Below, one piece after another: positions 27,017-41,305 of a stretch of 64,000 nucleotides of DNA. Every line of letters begins with the position of its first letter. Position 1 is the stretch's first letter. The notes beneath the pieces are model-generated. The model made no database searches. It saw only the letters and a list, made by a program, of their open reading frames with translations, and was not told the DNA's origin. Source of the DNA: Octopus bimaculoides (lineage: Eukaryota); contig NC_068986.1 of assembly GCF_001194135.2 (NCBI RefSeq), forward strand, positions 69,768,966-69,832,965, in the 5' to 3' direction. The translations under genes were made by a program, and so were the position numbers.

Positions 27017-27324
27017 AAATGTCTTTAGTAATACCATATATATTGAGTAATAACATATGTATTGACTAATCCATTAATCTAAAGCAAAATTGTTTTTTTT
27101 TTTAATTTGAACATAAAAACGAACATTCTCTGCTGACAACTTCCTCTGCCTAATAAAGGTAATTACCCAATCTTTCTGCTGTTTTCACAGCTATACTCAG
27201 TTGGAAATTTACTTTCTTGTCTATAAAATACGAAACACATTCGACGATTCCAAAGTTTGTTAAAATATTGTGGCATTTATATATATATTCTGTATTTTTT
27301 GTACTCGATGTAAATACAAACATA

Positions 27325-27384
<60 letters not shown>

Positions 27385-28019
27385 CCTTTTGCCTTTGTAC
27401 TAGGTCCAAAGAATAATTCAACTCAATTTTAAAGACTACCAATAAACGCACTCACTATACAGTTCCTCTTCCCCGTTGTATACTTTCGGTAGTATCACAT
27501 ATCATTTGAAATGGCAACCTATGTGTATGTGATCATTAATCAGAAAATCATTTTCTCGTTGAACGGTGAAAGGAAAGTTAAATTACAAATAGAAATATCT
27601 GAATTCAGAACTGTCACAACGTACCTAACTTTTAATGTTGCAAGTTTGCAACCTGCCCCCTACCGACTCTGTCAACACCGGTGTTCTGAGTCATAGATAA
27701 TAAATATGTAAAGCTGAAATACATCAGTCACCGACCAGGATCTTCAAATAATCAATATCACCGCACCAGAAAAGTGGAACGAAATAAATTGATAACTGTG
27801 AAGAGGTAGGACATATTTTACCTCTGATTGTAATTTTAATGTTTTCATATCAATAAATAAATAAACAAACAAAACAAACAAAAGAATAAATAAATAAATA
27901 AATAAATAAATGAACTTTTTTTCGCAACACTGTTAGCAACAGCCTTGATGGATTTCAGTTCATTGTAATTCCAGATTTCGAAAACGACTAATGTTTTAGA
28001 GTAGTCGTTGAACTAATAT

Positions 28020-28470
28020 ATGGAGGTACTTTGAAAAAAACCTCACGGAGTGACGACCGTGCCCTGCATAGTTATGGGCTGCCCTTTGGCAAGGCATAGC
28101 ACCCGTTCAGCCACCCTTACAGGGATACGGTGAAGTCATGGGATTGTAGCATGTTGGATTGTGAAGAGGTAGCAGAATAGCTCAACTAAGCCAACGGTGC
28201 TTCTTACATTGATGCTGAGTGGAAGAATCCTAGATCAGCAATCAGGATTACCAAGCTCTGTCAAGAGAGTAACTGCAACACATCCACAGGAGCGGCGTAA
28301 TCAGCTAATCAAAGATTCACTATGACTCAAGCCTGAGGACTCTAACCTCATGACCCACTGAGGAACAGTGGGTGGGTAACGACAGAGAGTCATGGGGATC
28401 CGTGCAAGCAGCGCGACCAAAATGAGACATTGAACTAGGAACCTTGTATGTCTAAATCAGGCATAGGCAC
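28020..28470 (+). mobile_element. Probable 5'UTR and start of the APE endonuclease of an RTE-like LINE
   Basis: GC-rich island in AT-rich DNA. It ends in ACATTGAAC-TAGGAACCTTGTATGTC, which reads TLN-(I)GTLYV with one frameshift and resembles the APE start motif IGTWNV. Confidence 0.4.
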
Positions 28471-29050
28471 CCTATTTAGAGAAGAGGGCCACATGAGATA
28501 TGGTTCATTATTAACTGGGCCGCGCTACTGATAAACGTTCTTTTGTTCGTGAAATCAAGCAAGCTGTTCAGTAAGGCACGCGGGTTGTAGCTTGCCCGTG
28601 ACAAGCTTAAATCCAAGAATGCAACTTCATTTTACTTCCCTATCGACGCAATTTCACGTTCAGTACACTGTGAATATGCTCAGAAGAGCATCAATATCAC
28701 AATATTCTATCCTGTCGTCAAATAAAAATGTGAGCGATATCTGTTAAGGCAAATGTTATTTATGGTTTGTATAATTCAAACTATTTAAAGTTAGTGCGAG
28801 TAATGTAAAAACACAAAGGTAATTCAGAAAATATACATATCGCAAGGTAGTGTAAAAAAAAAAGCAACAACAGCGGTCATTGGTCTGTATTTTAGTTTAT
28901 AAATATTTTAAATTGTTATTTATGAGATATTCTGAATATAGTTTCACGTGTCAATCAGAAGACTCATTTCTACATCTTTAATTCTTTCCACGTCTTACTC
29001 TTTCAATCGTACATTTCATATCTATTTCATATACATATACATACATACAT

Positions 29051-29158
29051 GCAAGAGTGGCTGTGTGGTAAGTAGCTTGCTTACCAACCACATGGTTCTG
29101 GGTTCAGTCCCACTGCGTGGCACTTTGGGGAAGTGTCTTCTACTATAGCCTCGTCGTA

Positions 29159-29193
<35 letters not shown>
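29051..29193 (+). mobile_element. SINE family A 5' part, runs into gap
   Basis: GAGTGGCTGTGTGGTAAG...GGTTCAGTCCC...GGGGAAGTGTCTTCTACTATAGCC. Confidence 0.9.
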
Positions 29194-30081
29194 NNNNNNN
29201 NNNNNNNNNNNNNNNNNNNNNNNNNNNNNNNNNNNNNNNNNNNNNNNNNNNNNNNNNNNNNNNNNNNNNNNNNNNNNNNNNNNNNNNNNNNNNNNNNNNN
29301 NNNNNNNNNNNNNNNNNNNNNNNNNNNNNNNNNNNNNNNNNNNNNNNNNNNNNNNNNNNNNNNNNNNNNNNNNNNNNNNNNNNNNNNNNNNNNNNNNNNN
29401 NNNNNNNNNNNNNNNNNNNNNNNNNNNNNNNNNNNNNNNNNNNNNNNNNNNNNNNNNNNNNNNNNNNNNNNNNNNNNNNNNNNNNNNNNNNNNNNNNNNN
29501 NNNNNNNNNNNNNNNNNNNNNNNNNNNNNNNNNNNNNNNNNNNNNNNNNNNNNNNNNNNNNNNNNNNNNNNNNNNNNNNNNNNNNNNNNNNNNNNNNNNN
29601 NNNNNNNNNNNNNNNNNNNNNNNNNNNNNNNNNNNNNNNNNNNNNNNNNNNNNNNNNNNNNNNNNNNNNNNNNNNNNNNNNNNNNNNNNNNNNNNNNNNN
29701 NNNNNNNNNNNNNNNNNNNNNNNNNNNNNNNNNNNNNNNNNNNNNNNNNNNNNNNNNNNNNNNNNNNNNNNNNNNNNNNNNNNNNNNNNNNNNNNNNNNN
29801 NNNNNNNNNNNNNNNNNNNNNNNNNNNNNNNNNNNNNNNNNNNNNNNNNNNNNNNNNNNNNNNNNNNNNNNNNNNNNNNNNNNNNNNNNNNNNNNNNNNN
29901 NNNNNNNNNNNNNNNNNNNNNNNNNNNNNNNNNNNNNNNNNNNNNNNNNNNNNNNNNNNNNNNNNNNNNNNNNNNNNNNNNNNNNNNNNNNNNNNNNNNN
30001 NNNNNNNNNNNNNNNNNNNNNNNNNNNNNNNNNNNNNNNNNNNNNNNNNNNNNNNNNNNNNNNNNNNNNNNNNNNNNNNNN

Positions 30082-30245
30082 NTTTACATGTTTCAGTCAA
30101 TCCACCTTTAGTCGAACAAATCGACTTATTCAAATCGACTTATTCTTTGTAAGCCTAGTACTTATTCTATCGGAGCCTTTTGCCGAACCGCTAAGTTACG
30201 GGTACGTAAACACACTAACATCGGTTGTCAAGCAATGGTGGGGGC

Positions 30246-30306
<61 letters not shown>

Positions 30307-30433
30307 CGACGGGCTTCATTCGGTTATCTGTCTACCAAATCCACTCAAAAGGCTTTGGTCGGTGCAAGGCAGTGGGATTGAATTCGGAACCATGTGGTTG
30401 GGAAGCAAGCTTCTTACCACACAGCCATGTCTG
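30082..30433 (-). mobile_element. SINE family A with internal deletions
   Basis: Reverse-complement similarity to the other A copies. Confidence 0.88.
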
Positions 30434-30549
30434 AGCAATGCGTCCCATTGGTCTGTTACTCGTCTGTATGCGTTATACATACAAACATACATGCATACAC
30501 ACACACGCGCACACACACACAGAAATTTAATGTACACAGTATGTTGTTA

Positions 30550-30799
30550 TGAGGTACTAATAGTTTCATACGCTTGAGACATGGTCTAGGCTCATTTCCT
30601 ATTCCCTTTCTTTTTCCGTTTGTTCGCCCTTCCACTTTTTGCATCCACCTTCCTCTTGTGACTTTTCCTATTCTATCCTCCACATTTACAATTTGTATAA
30701 GCCATGTGTCTAGGGCCAGAAGATTACTTGGTTACACAAGGCGTGTTATAAAAGTCTGCCTAAACAACGTCTCTAGTGTATGAAACTATTAGTCGCCCA
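30550..30799. mobile_element. MITE-like element with about 42-bp terminal inverted repeats
   Basis: 30556-30580 matches the reverse complement of 30769-30793 at 23/25 and extends inward at 8/11. Flanks are TTGTTA / TTGCTA. Confidence 0.65.
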
Positions 30800-31067
30800 T
30801 TGCTACTTGTGTACATTAAACGATATTTATCTTTCGACGGATAGAGTACTTTTTTTCTTCATTTTACCTTAATGAAAAAGTAAACGGTATATGTCTAAAT
30901 ATATTTATACAGGGAGAGAGAGAGAGAGAGAGGTGGAGAAAGGAGATAGATAGATAGATAATTATCGTCGTCATTGACTCTTCCCTTTATATATATACAC
31001 ACACATATATGTATATAAATTTATATATATATATATATATATATATATCAGTATGTATATGTATGTG

Positions 31068-31170
<103 letters not shown>

Positions 31171-32413
31171 GTGTGCGTGCGTGCTTGTGTGTATATGTAT
31201 GTGGGAACCTCTGAAAGTGCAAACCTCTAAATATGTGGTTAATAGTCCGAAAAATTATAATCTTAATTTCTAAATGTGTTCTAGCAGCATATTCATTGGC
31301 ACTTTCCATCTTCACAGAACACTCCAACGCTACAGCTACATAATATTGCTTTGCCATGAACTATGAATGTTAACCAGTACAAAGCACTGTATTTTGAACT
31401 GAATGCCACATACCACGACCAGCCCACTAATTTACTAGCCTTGCTAAAGCTGCTACAAATTAACCACTTTAGATAAAGCTAGGTAGAGGGAAGAAAGGAG
31501 CTTATGTAGCATTCACAATATATTAACTACAAGTAACAGAGGGATGATTCGATGGAAACGAGAAAAGCAATTGTATAAAGGAGTTGCAGTTATATACAGA
31601 ATGTTTCATTAATCAATACTTTTTATTAGAACATTGAAATGTATATTAATTTTGGTATATAATTTACCAATGTCAAAATTACAGCAATATCGTAATGGAT
31701 AAATTTCAAAGTTAAGAATCGGCACAAATTGATAAAATGCCTGTCTGTTGCTCTATCTGCCTCTGTTCTCCATTTCTAGCTTTCTTCGTTGCCATTTTTC
31801 AGTTCTTATAATACTTTCTCTGTCTCCTTGAAAAGCCATGTCGTTGAAAAGTCATATCGCACTCTATAGATTTATACTCGATACTCTAAAACAGCAGGCA
31901 GATAGGAAACCGGCACAGACGTTATTCGATTTTGACATAAGCTTCGTATTCAAACAAGGATCACCTCACGCATTCATACACCGTCTTGTAATTGTAATAG
32001 TTTATTTATAAATATGCCTATGCATAAGTAAATGCATACAACCAATTAATAGATGTAGTTACATCATAACTATAATGATAGATCATAAAGTACTCATAAA
32101 TACAACGAATACAGACACAATGGGATATGTTACAATTATCATATAAATAAAAAATTTGTATGTGAAGATGCATAAAATTAATAAGCAGAATCAATTCCAT
32201 ATTTGACGTTTAATACCATTTTGGCACATCCGCAAGGTTTTCTTGGCACTTTGCAGACGTGATGTGTCATCGACTTCCTTTGGAGTTTAATCTCTTCTCT
32301 CAACTTGATTCTATTCGACACGCTTCCGCATCGTTTCCGCCACTCGAACTCCACTCACATGTCATTGGTTAAACCGTGGCTATATACGTTCATATGTGTG
32401 TGTGTGTGTGTGT

Positions 32414-32454
<41 letters not shown>

Positions 32455-32497
32455 TACACACAGGCGTGTGTGTACGCGCGCGCGTACGTTTATATAT

Positions 32498-32870
32498 ATG
32501 GCCGTGTGGTAAGAAGTTTGCTTCCTACTCATCCAACAATATGGTTCTGTCCCACTGCGTAGCACCTTCAGAAGAGTCTTCTACTATAGTTTCCGGCTAA
32601 TTACAGACTTCAGAGTGGATTTGGTAGACGGAAACTGAAAGGAGCCCGTCGTGTATATATATATATATGAATGTTTGTATGTCTGTGTTTGTCCCCCACC
32701 ATTGCTTGACAACCGATGTTGGTGTGTTTACGTTCCCGTAACTTAACGGTTCAGCAAAAGAGACTGATAGAATAAGTACTAGGCTTACAAGGAATAAGTT
32801 CTGGGGTCGATTTGTTTCACTGAAATTTCTCAAGAAGGCTGTAGTCTAATGACTGCAGGTAAGAGATAAA
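32498..32870 (+). mobile_element. SINE family A
   Basis: GGCCGTGTGGTAAG...GGATTTGGTAGACGGAAACTG...GATAGAATAAGTACTAGGCTTAC. Confidence 0.88.
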
Positions 32871-32955
32871 AGCTATAAAATATATAAATATATGTATTAA
32901 ATATTCGTACACTATTGGTCATGGTCGACGTTGAAAAGATTCTTCTCTCCCCCAC

Positions 32956-32990
<35 letters not shown>

Positions 32991-35900
32991 AATGTGTGTG
33001 TGTGTGGTGTGTATATGTATGTGTTCGTGTATGTGTGCGTGTGTGTGTGCGCGCGAGCGTGTTTGTGTGCGTGCTCGTGTATTAGTATATACATGCACAT
33101 CTTTCTCTACATATGTGTCTGGGTTTGTGTCTGTGTGTGTGGGGGGGGGAGGTGCGAGCGACGTGTTCGTGTGCGTGCTCGTGTATTAGTATATACATAC
33201 ATATACAGAACACACATTTGTTTTCTTAACTGCAGTAATAATTTACTTTGTTTAGACCATTGTTCAAAGGTTTAATAGGCCCCACAGACGAAGCATTACA
33301 ACAGAATTGCGAGCCATCCTTTCATAAAACGTCCTTGATCCTCAATGAAATTATTTCACTGTGTCTGTCTAATTCCATCCATTTGTGAGTAGATGCAAGA
33401 TTCCACGCCTATGAAGCTAGAGAAGTTAACGCTAAGCAACGCAAGAACTCAGTTTCCCATCAGCATCACAAACTGTCTCAGTTTTGTTATCGAATTAGAA
33501 TCGCCTGGACCTTATTTGAGTTTGTATACGATAACTGTTGTGCATTGTTCTATAAGCTTATGTGAAAGTGTACAACCCATCGAATTATCTCAACTAAGAA
33601 AATTGTTTCATTCTCTTGAGGAATCTGTAAATTTGGTTTTCTTGAGTTTTCAGACGCTATTGTTAAGAATACCGAAGTTAAGAGTTGTGACATTCATACG
33701 ACAAAGACGAATTGCGCTTAGAATTCACTATAGCAACAATCACTTATTGCTTTATGTGTATCACTGTGTTGAAATTATTTGGTACTGATATCTACGGTAA
33801 GTATGACAAAGAATATATATTTAGGAAAAGAAGAAAAAGATTTCATAAAGATGACTCATGAAATACGAATTCATTCATCAAATTGACATTTAACAACAGC
33901 CACAGTTGTTGAATGTCCATGTTATCCTTCTCCAGTTCCTCCGGTAAAAATTAATTTGATTTTAGCTTGTAAATGTATTGGCTGTCGATGTTGAATATCA
34001 GTTGTAGTCCTAAGCAGTCTAATACAACAATAATCAATTATAAAGTATTTCTTCTATGTATACTTATAAGCTTACAGTTTACAATTCATCATAGAACCTG
34101 TTTCGAGGTAGGTGAACTAAGCTATTCAAAGTTTAATCGCACTAAAATTCAATAACGGTCACATAAGGTGAACTGTCGATTTTTCAGCTTTTAGAGGAAT
34201 CCTATTGACTTGGTAAGATGCAGTTTGCATACTACATTTACATTTAACCGAACAGAATATGTTGTAGTGCATCTACCAATGAGAAACTGAGTCTATACAA
34301 ATCTGTTTTAGAATGCTGCAGTAGAAAGAGATGTTTGAATTTTAGAAATGTTAGCGACAACAGTTTTCAATTCGTAAGTTCTAAGTTCTCAATAAAGAAA
34401 GGCATCTTTTTAGAAATCCCACGAGAGGAAAGTTCTTCTATGCAAAATAGATTTTTATGGTGGATCCGATTTTACTACTGCTTTCATTTATTATTTGCCG
34501 AATTCAACAGACATTTTTATTCGTGTATTTTGACAGATTTCCCTTTCTCTCTTGTTAGTCGTTTTTATCTCAGATTTTGCTATCCTTGTGCATTACATCA
34601 CGTATGATGCCGTTCTTCTCCGTTGCCTCTCCTTCCGATATTAAGATATCTTAAATCATCTCTAAAGTTTCCATCTTATAGATATAAATAGTTTTCAGGC
34701 TGAATATATAAAGTGGAGAGATAGAAAAAAATATACCCACTGATTTCGAACTGTTGAGTGGATGAGAACAATTTATTTTGTGATGACATAAAATGCGATT
34801 TATCATTTATTGATATTGCATATTATTCAGAGAAAACAATGAACGTATTCACTATCATACGAGCAGTAATGAAAAACTCGGAGTACTTCTTTAAATCCTT
34901 TTGTTGGGTCAGTGTATTGTTAATATCAGTAGGGTGACGTCAACAGTATTCTTTCATGCAAAAATATGTTGCAGAAATTTTTTTTTTTTAAGTTTTAGAA
35001 TTTTCATGAAAGACTATTAAATTTTAAAACATATTTGTCAAATGCGATGTGCTGTCAGGATGTAATGTCACGCAATTTTGTCTTATCAAATTGGATATGG
35101 GAGAAAAAGGCCCATGCGAGGGAGAATTCGTTTAACAACGATTTACAGGTGCTAAATTATACTGAGTGCCNNNNNNNNNNNNNNNNNNNNNNNNNNNNNN
35201 NNNNNNNNNNNNNNNNNNNNNNNNNNNNNNNNNNGTAAGAAACGTTTCTTTAAAGCCATCGCTAGCTAAAATTTTATTGTATTATAGGCAGATCTTATCA
35301 TTGATAGTAGTAACTTTCTAAAAACTTAAGGGTGTGGAGAGACTGCTTAGTATATGTTTTAATTCGGTTGACGGAATGTCTGTGAGTATTTGATTCTAAG
35401 CGAAAGAGGTACGCAATCTACTTTGGTAGATATAGTAATTTTAACTGACAGTGATTTTTTTTATTTATTTTTTATTTTTTTTTATATAAGTATCTAGTGT
35501 GTAAGCGTCATAATGATGAGACAGCGTTAAAAAGTCGTCACGAAACAACTCTGAAAGGGGTTCACTATATACAGGCCCCTGAGTTTGAAACTATAATTAC
35601 GTCCAAATCCTTACAGGTTCTGATTTCTTGACCCAAGGTGATACTTCATCAAAAAGTACAATTTGTAGTGTGTGAATAATTATTTCGTGTCCTATTTAAT
35701 ATAAGCGACTTATCGTCTAGCGAATTTCAGTGCCTTATCTTGCAGGAAAGTAGATTTCAGGATCAGAAATCTACAATGAGATGTCCTAATTTTATTATGT
35801 ATTTGAACCGTCTGATAACCGTTTTATGTATTTGAACTATCTAATAACCGTGCTGGAGTCTATTTCGGTTGCTAAGAGTAATATTTATATTTCTTAAGAT

Positions 35901-36159
35901 CTTTTACTTCTTAAACTTAATTTATATTTAAGATCCTTTTACTTATTAAACCCATTTCCGTTTTTGCTAGGTTAGTAAGTGTAAACTAGCAAAGTCTATA
36001 TTGCAATCTTTCAAAGTAATGAAAACTTTCCGCTTATCTGAAGATACATTTCTATTTTCCATGTAGATTTCATAACTAACTTCGCTGATTTTGTTAAAGT
36101 TTTACTTTCTACATTTTCTTATAATTAACACTTATACATAGCACTATCTTCCTAGCGGA

Positions 36160-36367
36160 GAAGGCGGCGAGCTGGTAGAATTACTAGCACGCTTAGCGGC
36201 ATTTCGTCCGTCTTTACGTTCCGATTTCAAATTCCTCTGAGATCGACTTTTCCTTTCATCTTTTTGGGATCGATAAAACAAGTACCAGTTGAATAGTGGA
36301 GTCGATATAATTGACTAGTCCCCTCCTCCAACATTTCAGACCATGTGCCAATAGTAGAAAGGGTTAT
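36160..36367 (+). mobile_element. SINE family B
   Basis: GGCGGCGAGCTGGTAGAA...CCTTTCATC...AGTACCAGTTG...ATGTGCCAATAGTAGAAAGG. Confidence 0.87.
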
Positions 36368-36479
36368 CTTCCTTGTGGAGACAGTTTTAATTAGAGGAGT
36401 TTAAATATATGCTTGGCGGAGGACTGCGCTCTCCGAGTGCTTTTCTAGTTCTTAATGTATTATTTTCTGAGCGTATGAA

Positions 36480-37060
<581 letters not shown>

Positions 37061-37333
37061 AATGTGTGTTTATGTGCGTATATGCACGCGCTCGTGCGTG
37101 TGGTGTGTGTGTGGTTTTCGACCGGGTAACCACCCGAGGCCATAGATGGATAGATTGTTGTTACAGCAAAATATCCCCTAACATAGGAAATAACTTCTAC
37201 AGCGCTGGCTCCTGCAAAGATTTTGATAGTTTTTGATTAATCTGTGTTGATTAGTTTGCCCGCTGTCATATACGTTGAATTTTTGTATGCATTACCAGCT
37301 ATTTACGTCTACAAATCTGCTTGCCTAACGAAG

Positions 37334-37389
<56 letters not shown>

Positions 37390-37944
37390 CTCTCTCTTTC
37401 TCTCTCTCTCTCCCTCCCTCTCTCTCTCTCTTACTCACTCTTCACTCACTCACATACGCACACACTCTCACTCATTCACTCATTCTTTATGAGTCTCAGG
37501 AAGATTAATTAGTCCTGGATTGCATTAAATTTTTTTTTACCTATTGTTTCATAAATTAATAAAATAAAAATAACAATAAATACTATATTATATACTGCAA
37601 TTCTATAATGTTATCAACTTATCATTCAAACTATCGTTTAGATCAGGTAGTAGAATTCATTATAACTGAATGGTTCAGTTTATAGTAATTAATTAACTAC
37701 AAAATTATGAAGATAAAGTTTACAAATCTCAGTCAAAAAATTAATTACCTTGATATTCATTCAAGTGGATAAAACTAACATGTTTGAAAGGAAATAGTAT
37801 TAAAATATCCATTGCGATTTCCACCTATACAACATTACAGTTAATACTAAACATTTGTTCCTAGAAAGATTATTTGTCTATGGGATGCATTGATTCAAAG
37901 CAAAAGAGACGGATTTAGATTTAAATGAAAATTTTCTTTTGTCT

Positions 37945-38273
37945 TGTGGTTGTTTCAGTCATTGAACTACTACCATGCTGGGGCTTCAACCGAACGAGTC
38001 GACCCTTGTTGTTACATTTAGATCTGGAACGTATATCAGTCTCTTATTCTGAACCGCTAGATATGGAAGACGTAAATAAACCAACTCCAGGTGTCAGGCA
38101 GTTGTGGAGGACAAACACAAGCAGAAGGGCTTCTTTTTCAGTTTCCCTCACAAGATTTCGGTCGACCCGAAGCTATAGTGGAAGACACTTGCACAAAGTG
38201 CCACGCAGTGGGACAGAACCCAGAACCATGTGATTGGGATGTAAACTTCTTACAACACAGCCTTGCCTGCGCC
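37945..38273 (-). mobile_element. SINE family A, diverged, lacking the internal microsatellite
   Basis: TTTCAGTCATT tail through CACAGCC..CCTGCGCC head. Confidence 0.8.
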
Positions 38274-38579
38274 TAATTTACATTGAAAGCTTTTAAAACT
38301 TGAACCAGAACTATTCTTCTTTACCACAACTTGCCTTCCATAGAAATCCATTTCCTTAGGTTGTGACCTCAACAGTTTTGAGGGAAATCTTATCCATCTT
38401 TTACATTCTTTGTAAAAATGTAATACTCTCTTCATGCAGTTAAATTTCACATATGATATTTGAGTCAATGTATATGATATAACAGGAAACAAGTGTTAAA
38501 ACACTTAACGTGCCGAACACAACTTGAAACTAATCAAGTCAGTAACTTACACAAACTCAGGTATATTTATTATTTTATT

Positions 38580-38973
38580 CTTTTACTTGTTTCAGTCATT
38601 TGACTGCGGTCATGCTGGAGCACCGCCTTAACGGTTTTCTAGTCGAAGAACTCGACCCCAGGACTTATTCTTTGTAAGCCTAGTACTTATTCAATAATCG
38701 GTCTCGTTTGCCGAACAGTTAAGTTACGAGGACGTAAACACACCAGCATAGGTTGTCAAGCGATGGTGGGGAACAAACATAAACACACACACACACATAT
38801 ATAAACATATACGACGGTCTTCTTTCAGTTTTCATCTATGAAATCCACTCACAAGGATTTGGTCGGCCTGAGGCTATAGTTGAAGACACTCACCCAAGGT
38901 GCCACGCAGTGAAACTGAAGCCAAGATCATGTGGTTGCGAAGTACAGTTCTTACTGCACAGCCATGCCTGCAC
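38580..38973 (-). mobile_element. SINE family A
   Basis: TTTTACTTGTTTCAGTCATTTGACTGCGG...CCCAAGGTGCCACGCAGTG...CACAGCCATGCCTG. Confidence 0.9.
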
Positions 38974-39576
38974 TTATTTCTCGTAGTTATGATTAATCTT
39001 TTTTTTTTTTTCTTACGATTTGTTGATACCGAAACAACCGTCTAGAATCTATTTAATCCATTCAAGCCTTCAATATTTCCGTTTACCACTTCCAGGACAA
39101 TTCACTCAGCTAAAAATAAATATTCAGTAGAAGTCTTTATTTCCAGCTCAGCCATATTTCTGATTCATTTCAGTGCAAACAAACAATCTGTATGTTAAAG
39201 ATAAGAGCTCAAAAACGATTATCTATCTTGTAAAGTATAAAATAGAATTTGCTATAATCTCACTTGTAGCTAAACGTTAAAGCTGATCGATAGCAACTTC
39301 GAATCATCCTCTTACGCATCACTGAATCATGCATGGTAACATTCGCTGTTAACAATTGAAGCAAGATTTATTTTCTTTATATTAGATTATCATATTTAAT
39401 TGATATTTCCGAGTAGGAATTACTGTCATCATGTTCTTAGCTGTGTGAAAGCCCTTATAAATCTGCCCTCCTTCCCATCCTTTTCCGTTTTCTTTCTTTC
39501 TTTTATTTTTTGTTCTTTTTGCTTTCAAGCATAAAAGTGACTAGATATACACAATATACGCACACTTTAACCAGCT

Positions 39577-40005
<429 letters not shown>

Positions 40006-40854
40006 TTTGCAAGTAGAACCCACCAATGTAGGTGCGGAATTAATTTAGTAATATTTACTTAATTCAGGCATTTACACAAGCACCATACTGGAATAAAAAT
40101 TTCTAAAATCTTGTGATTTTCTTTTTTTATTGGGCCAAAATTAATTTGTTTTCTAATAGAAATGGAAATTTAGAAAACCACGATATGTCCGTACATAAAG
40201 TTATTGGTGCACTAGAACATACTTCAGCAAAAATAAGATTCTCAATTATATATCATGGAATTACAAATAGAGCTACAAACATTTAACTTGTGTTTAGCTA
40301 TTCATGTATCTATTCATTGTACTCAGGCATGCACATAAATATAGGCTAAGTGGAGAAAGTTATATATCACTCGCACTTTTTCCATTATATTTTGTCTATG
40401 TAAATGAGATGTCCTTATAAAGAGTTCCGTGTTAAGGTTCAAAACACAAACGTACATACATCTATACAACAGTGTTTTTATTCAATAACTAGAGACAAAA
40501 CTTTATGCTTGTACAGTGAAGTCCATTTCCTTGACGTTCATTCAAGTATAACTAATACGTTAATACGATAACAGTGTGAAGTTTATTCCTTATGGTGTGG
40601 TCGTTGAAGAACTGAAAACTAAGTTCAACATCCTCATATTGTGCTTAAGAGCAATAATACACTACCTCTTCTCACTTAGCCACAAATCTCAATGGCTATT
40701 TTTGCTCTCACGCACGCGCACACATACACACAAATACACATGCAATTATACAAACATGTATATTAGTATATACGTATATACATATCCATGCGTACATACA
40801 TGCACACATATGCATACAAGAATATAAATATATATTATACTTTTTATCTTTTAT

Positions 40855-41118
40855 GTTTTACTTATTTCAGCCATTAGACTGCGGCCTTGCTGGGGCACTG
40901 CCTTGAGGAAATTTAGTCGAGCAGATTGAATCCAGTCCTTACGTTTGTAAAGCCTGGTACTTATTCTATCAATCTCTTTTGCCGAATCGCTAAGTTAGGG
41001 TGATTTAAACACACCAATATCGGTTGGCAAGCGGTAGTGGGGGACAAACACACACACATATACACGTGAGCGCGCGTCTTTCAGTTTCTATCTACTCATG
41101 AGGCTTTGGTCGACCCAA
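40855..41118 (-). mobile_element. SINE family A, 5'-truncated
   Basis: Tail and middle match. Similarity ends at GGCTTTGGTCGACCC. Confidence 0.82.
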
Positions 41119-41305
41119 GAAGTTCGACCCAAGAGTTTCTAGCATGCAGAAAACTATTGAGCAGAAATGTATGCGAGCCTACAAAGGCCCTTGGTACAGA
41201 GACGTTTTGCGACCCTGCATACGTACGCATGTCTACACTGTTTTGAATCCACATCTACAAATGAATGCCATTAACACATGTTCGAATTTATGAATCAATA
41301 TATTA

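Noticed and set aside
33393-33788. 131-aa ORF in unique sequence
   Set aside because: No recognisable motif, Leu/Ser/Ile bias typical of random AT-rich frames, and an internal strong acceptor that fits a non-coding exon better.
35070-35160. CLIKLDMGEKGPCEGEF looked Kunitz-like
   Set aside because: Cys spacing is 11 rather than 8, an in-frame stop follows, and the remaining cysteines are absent.
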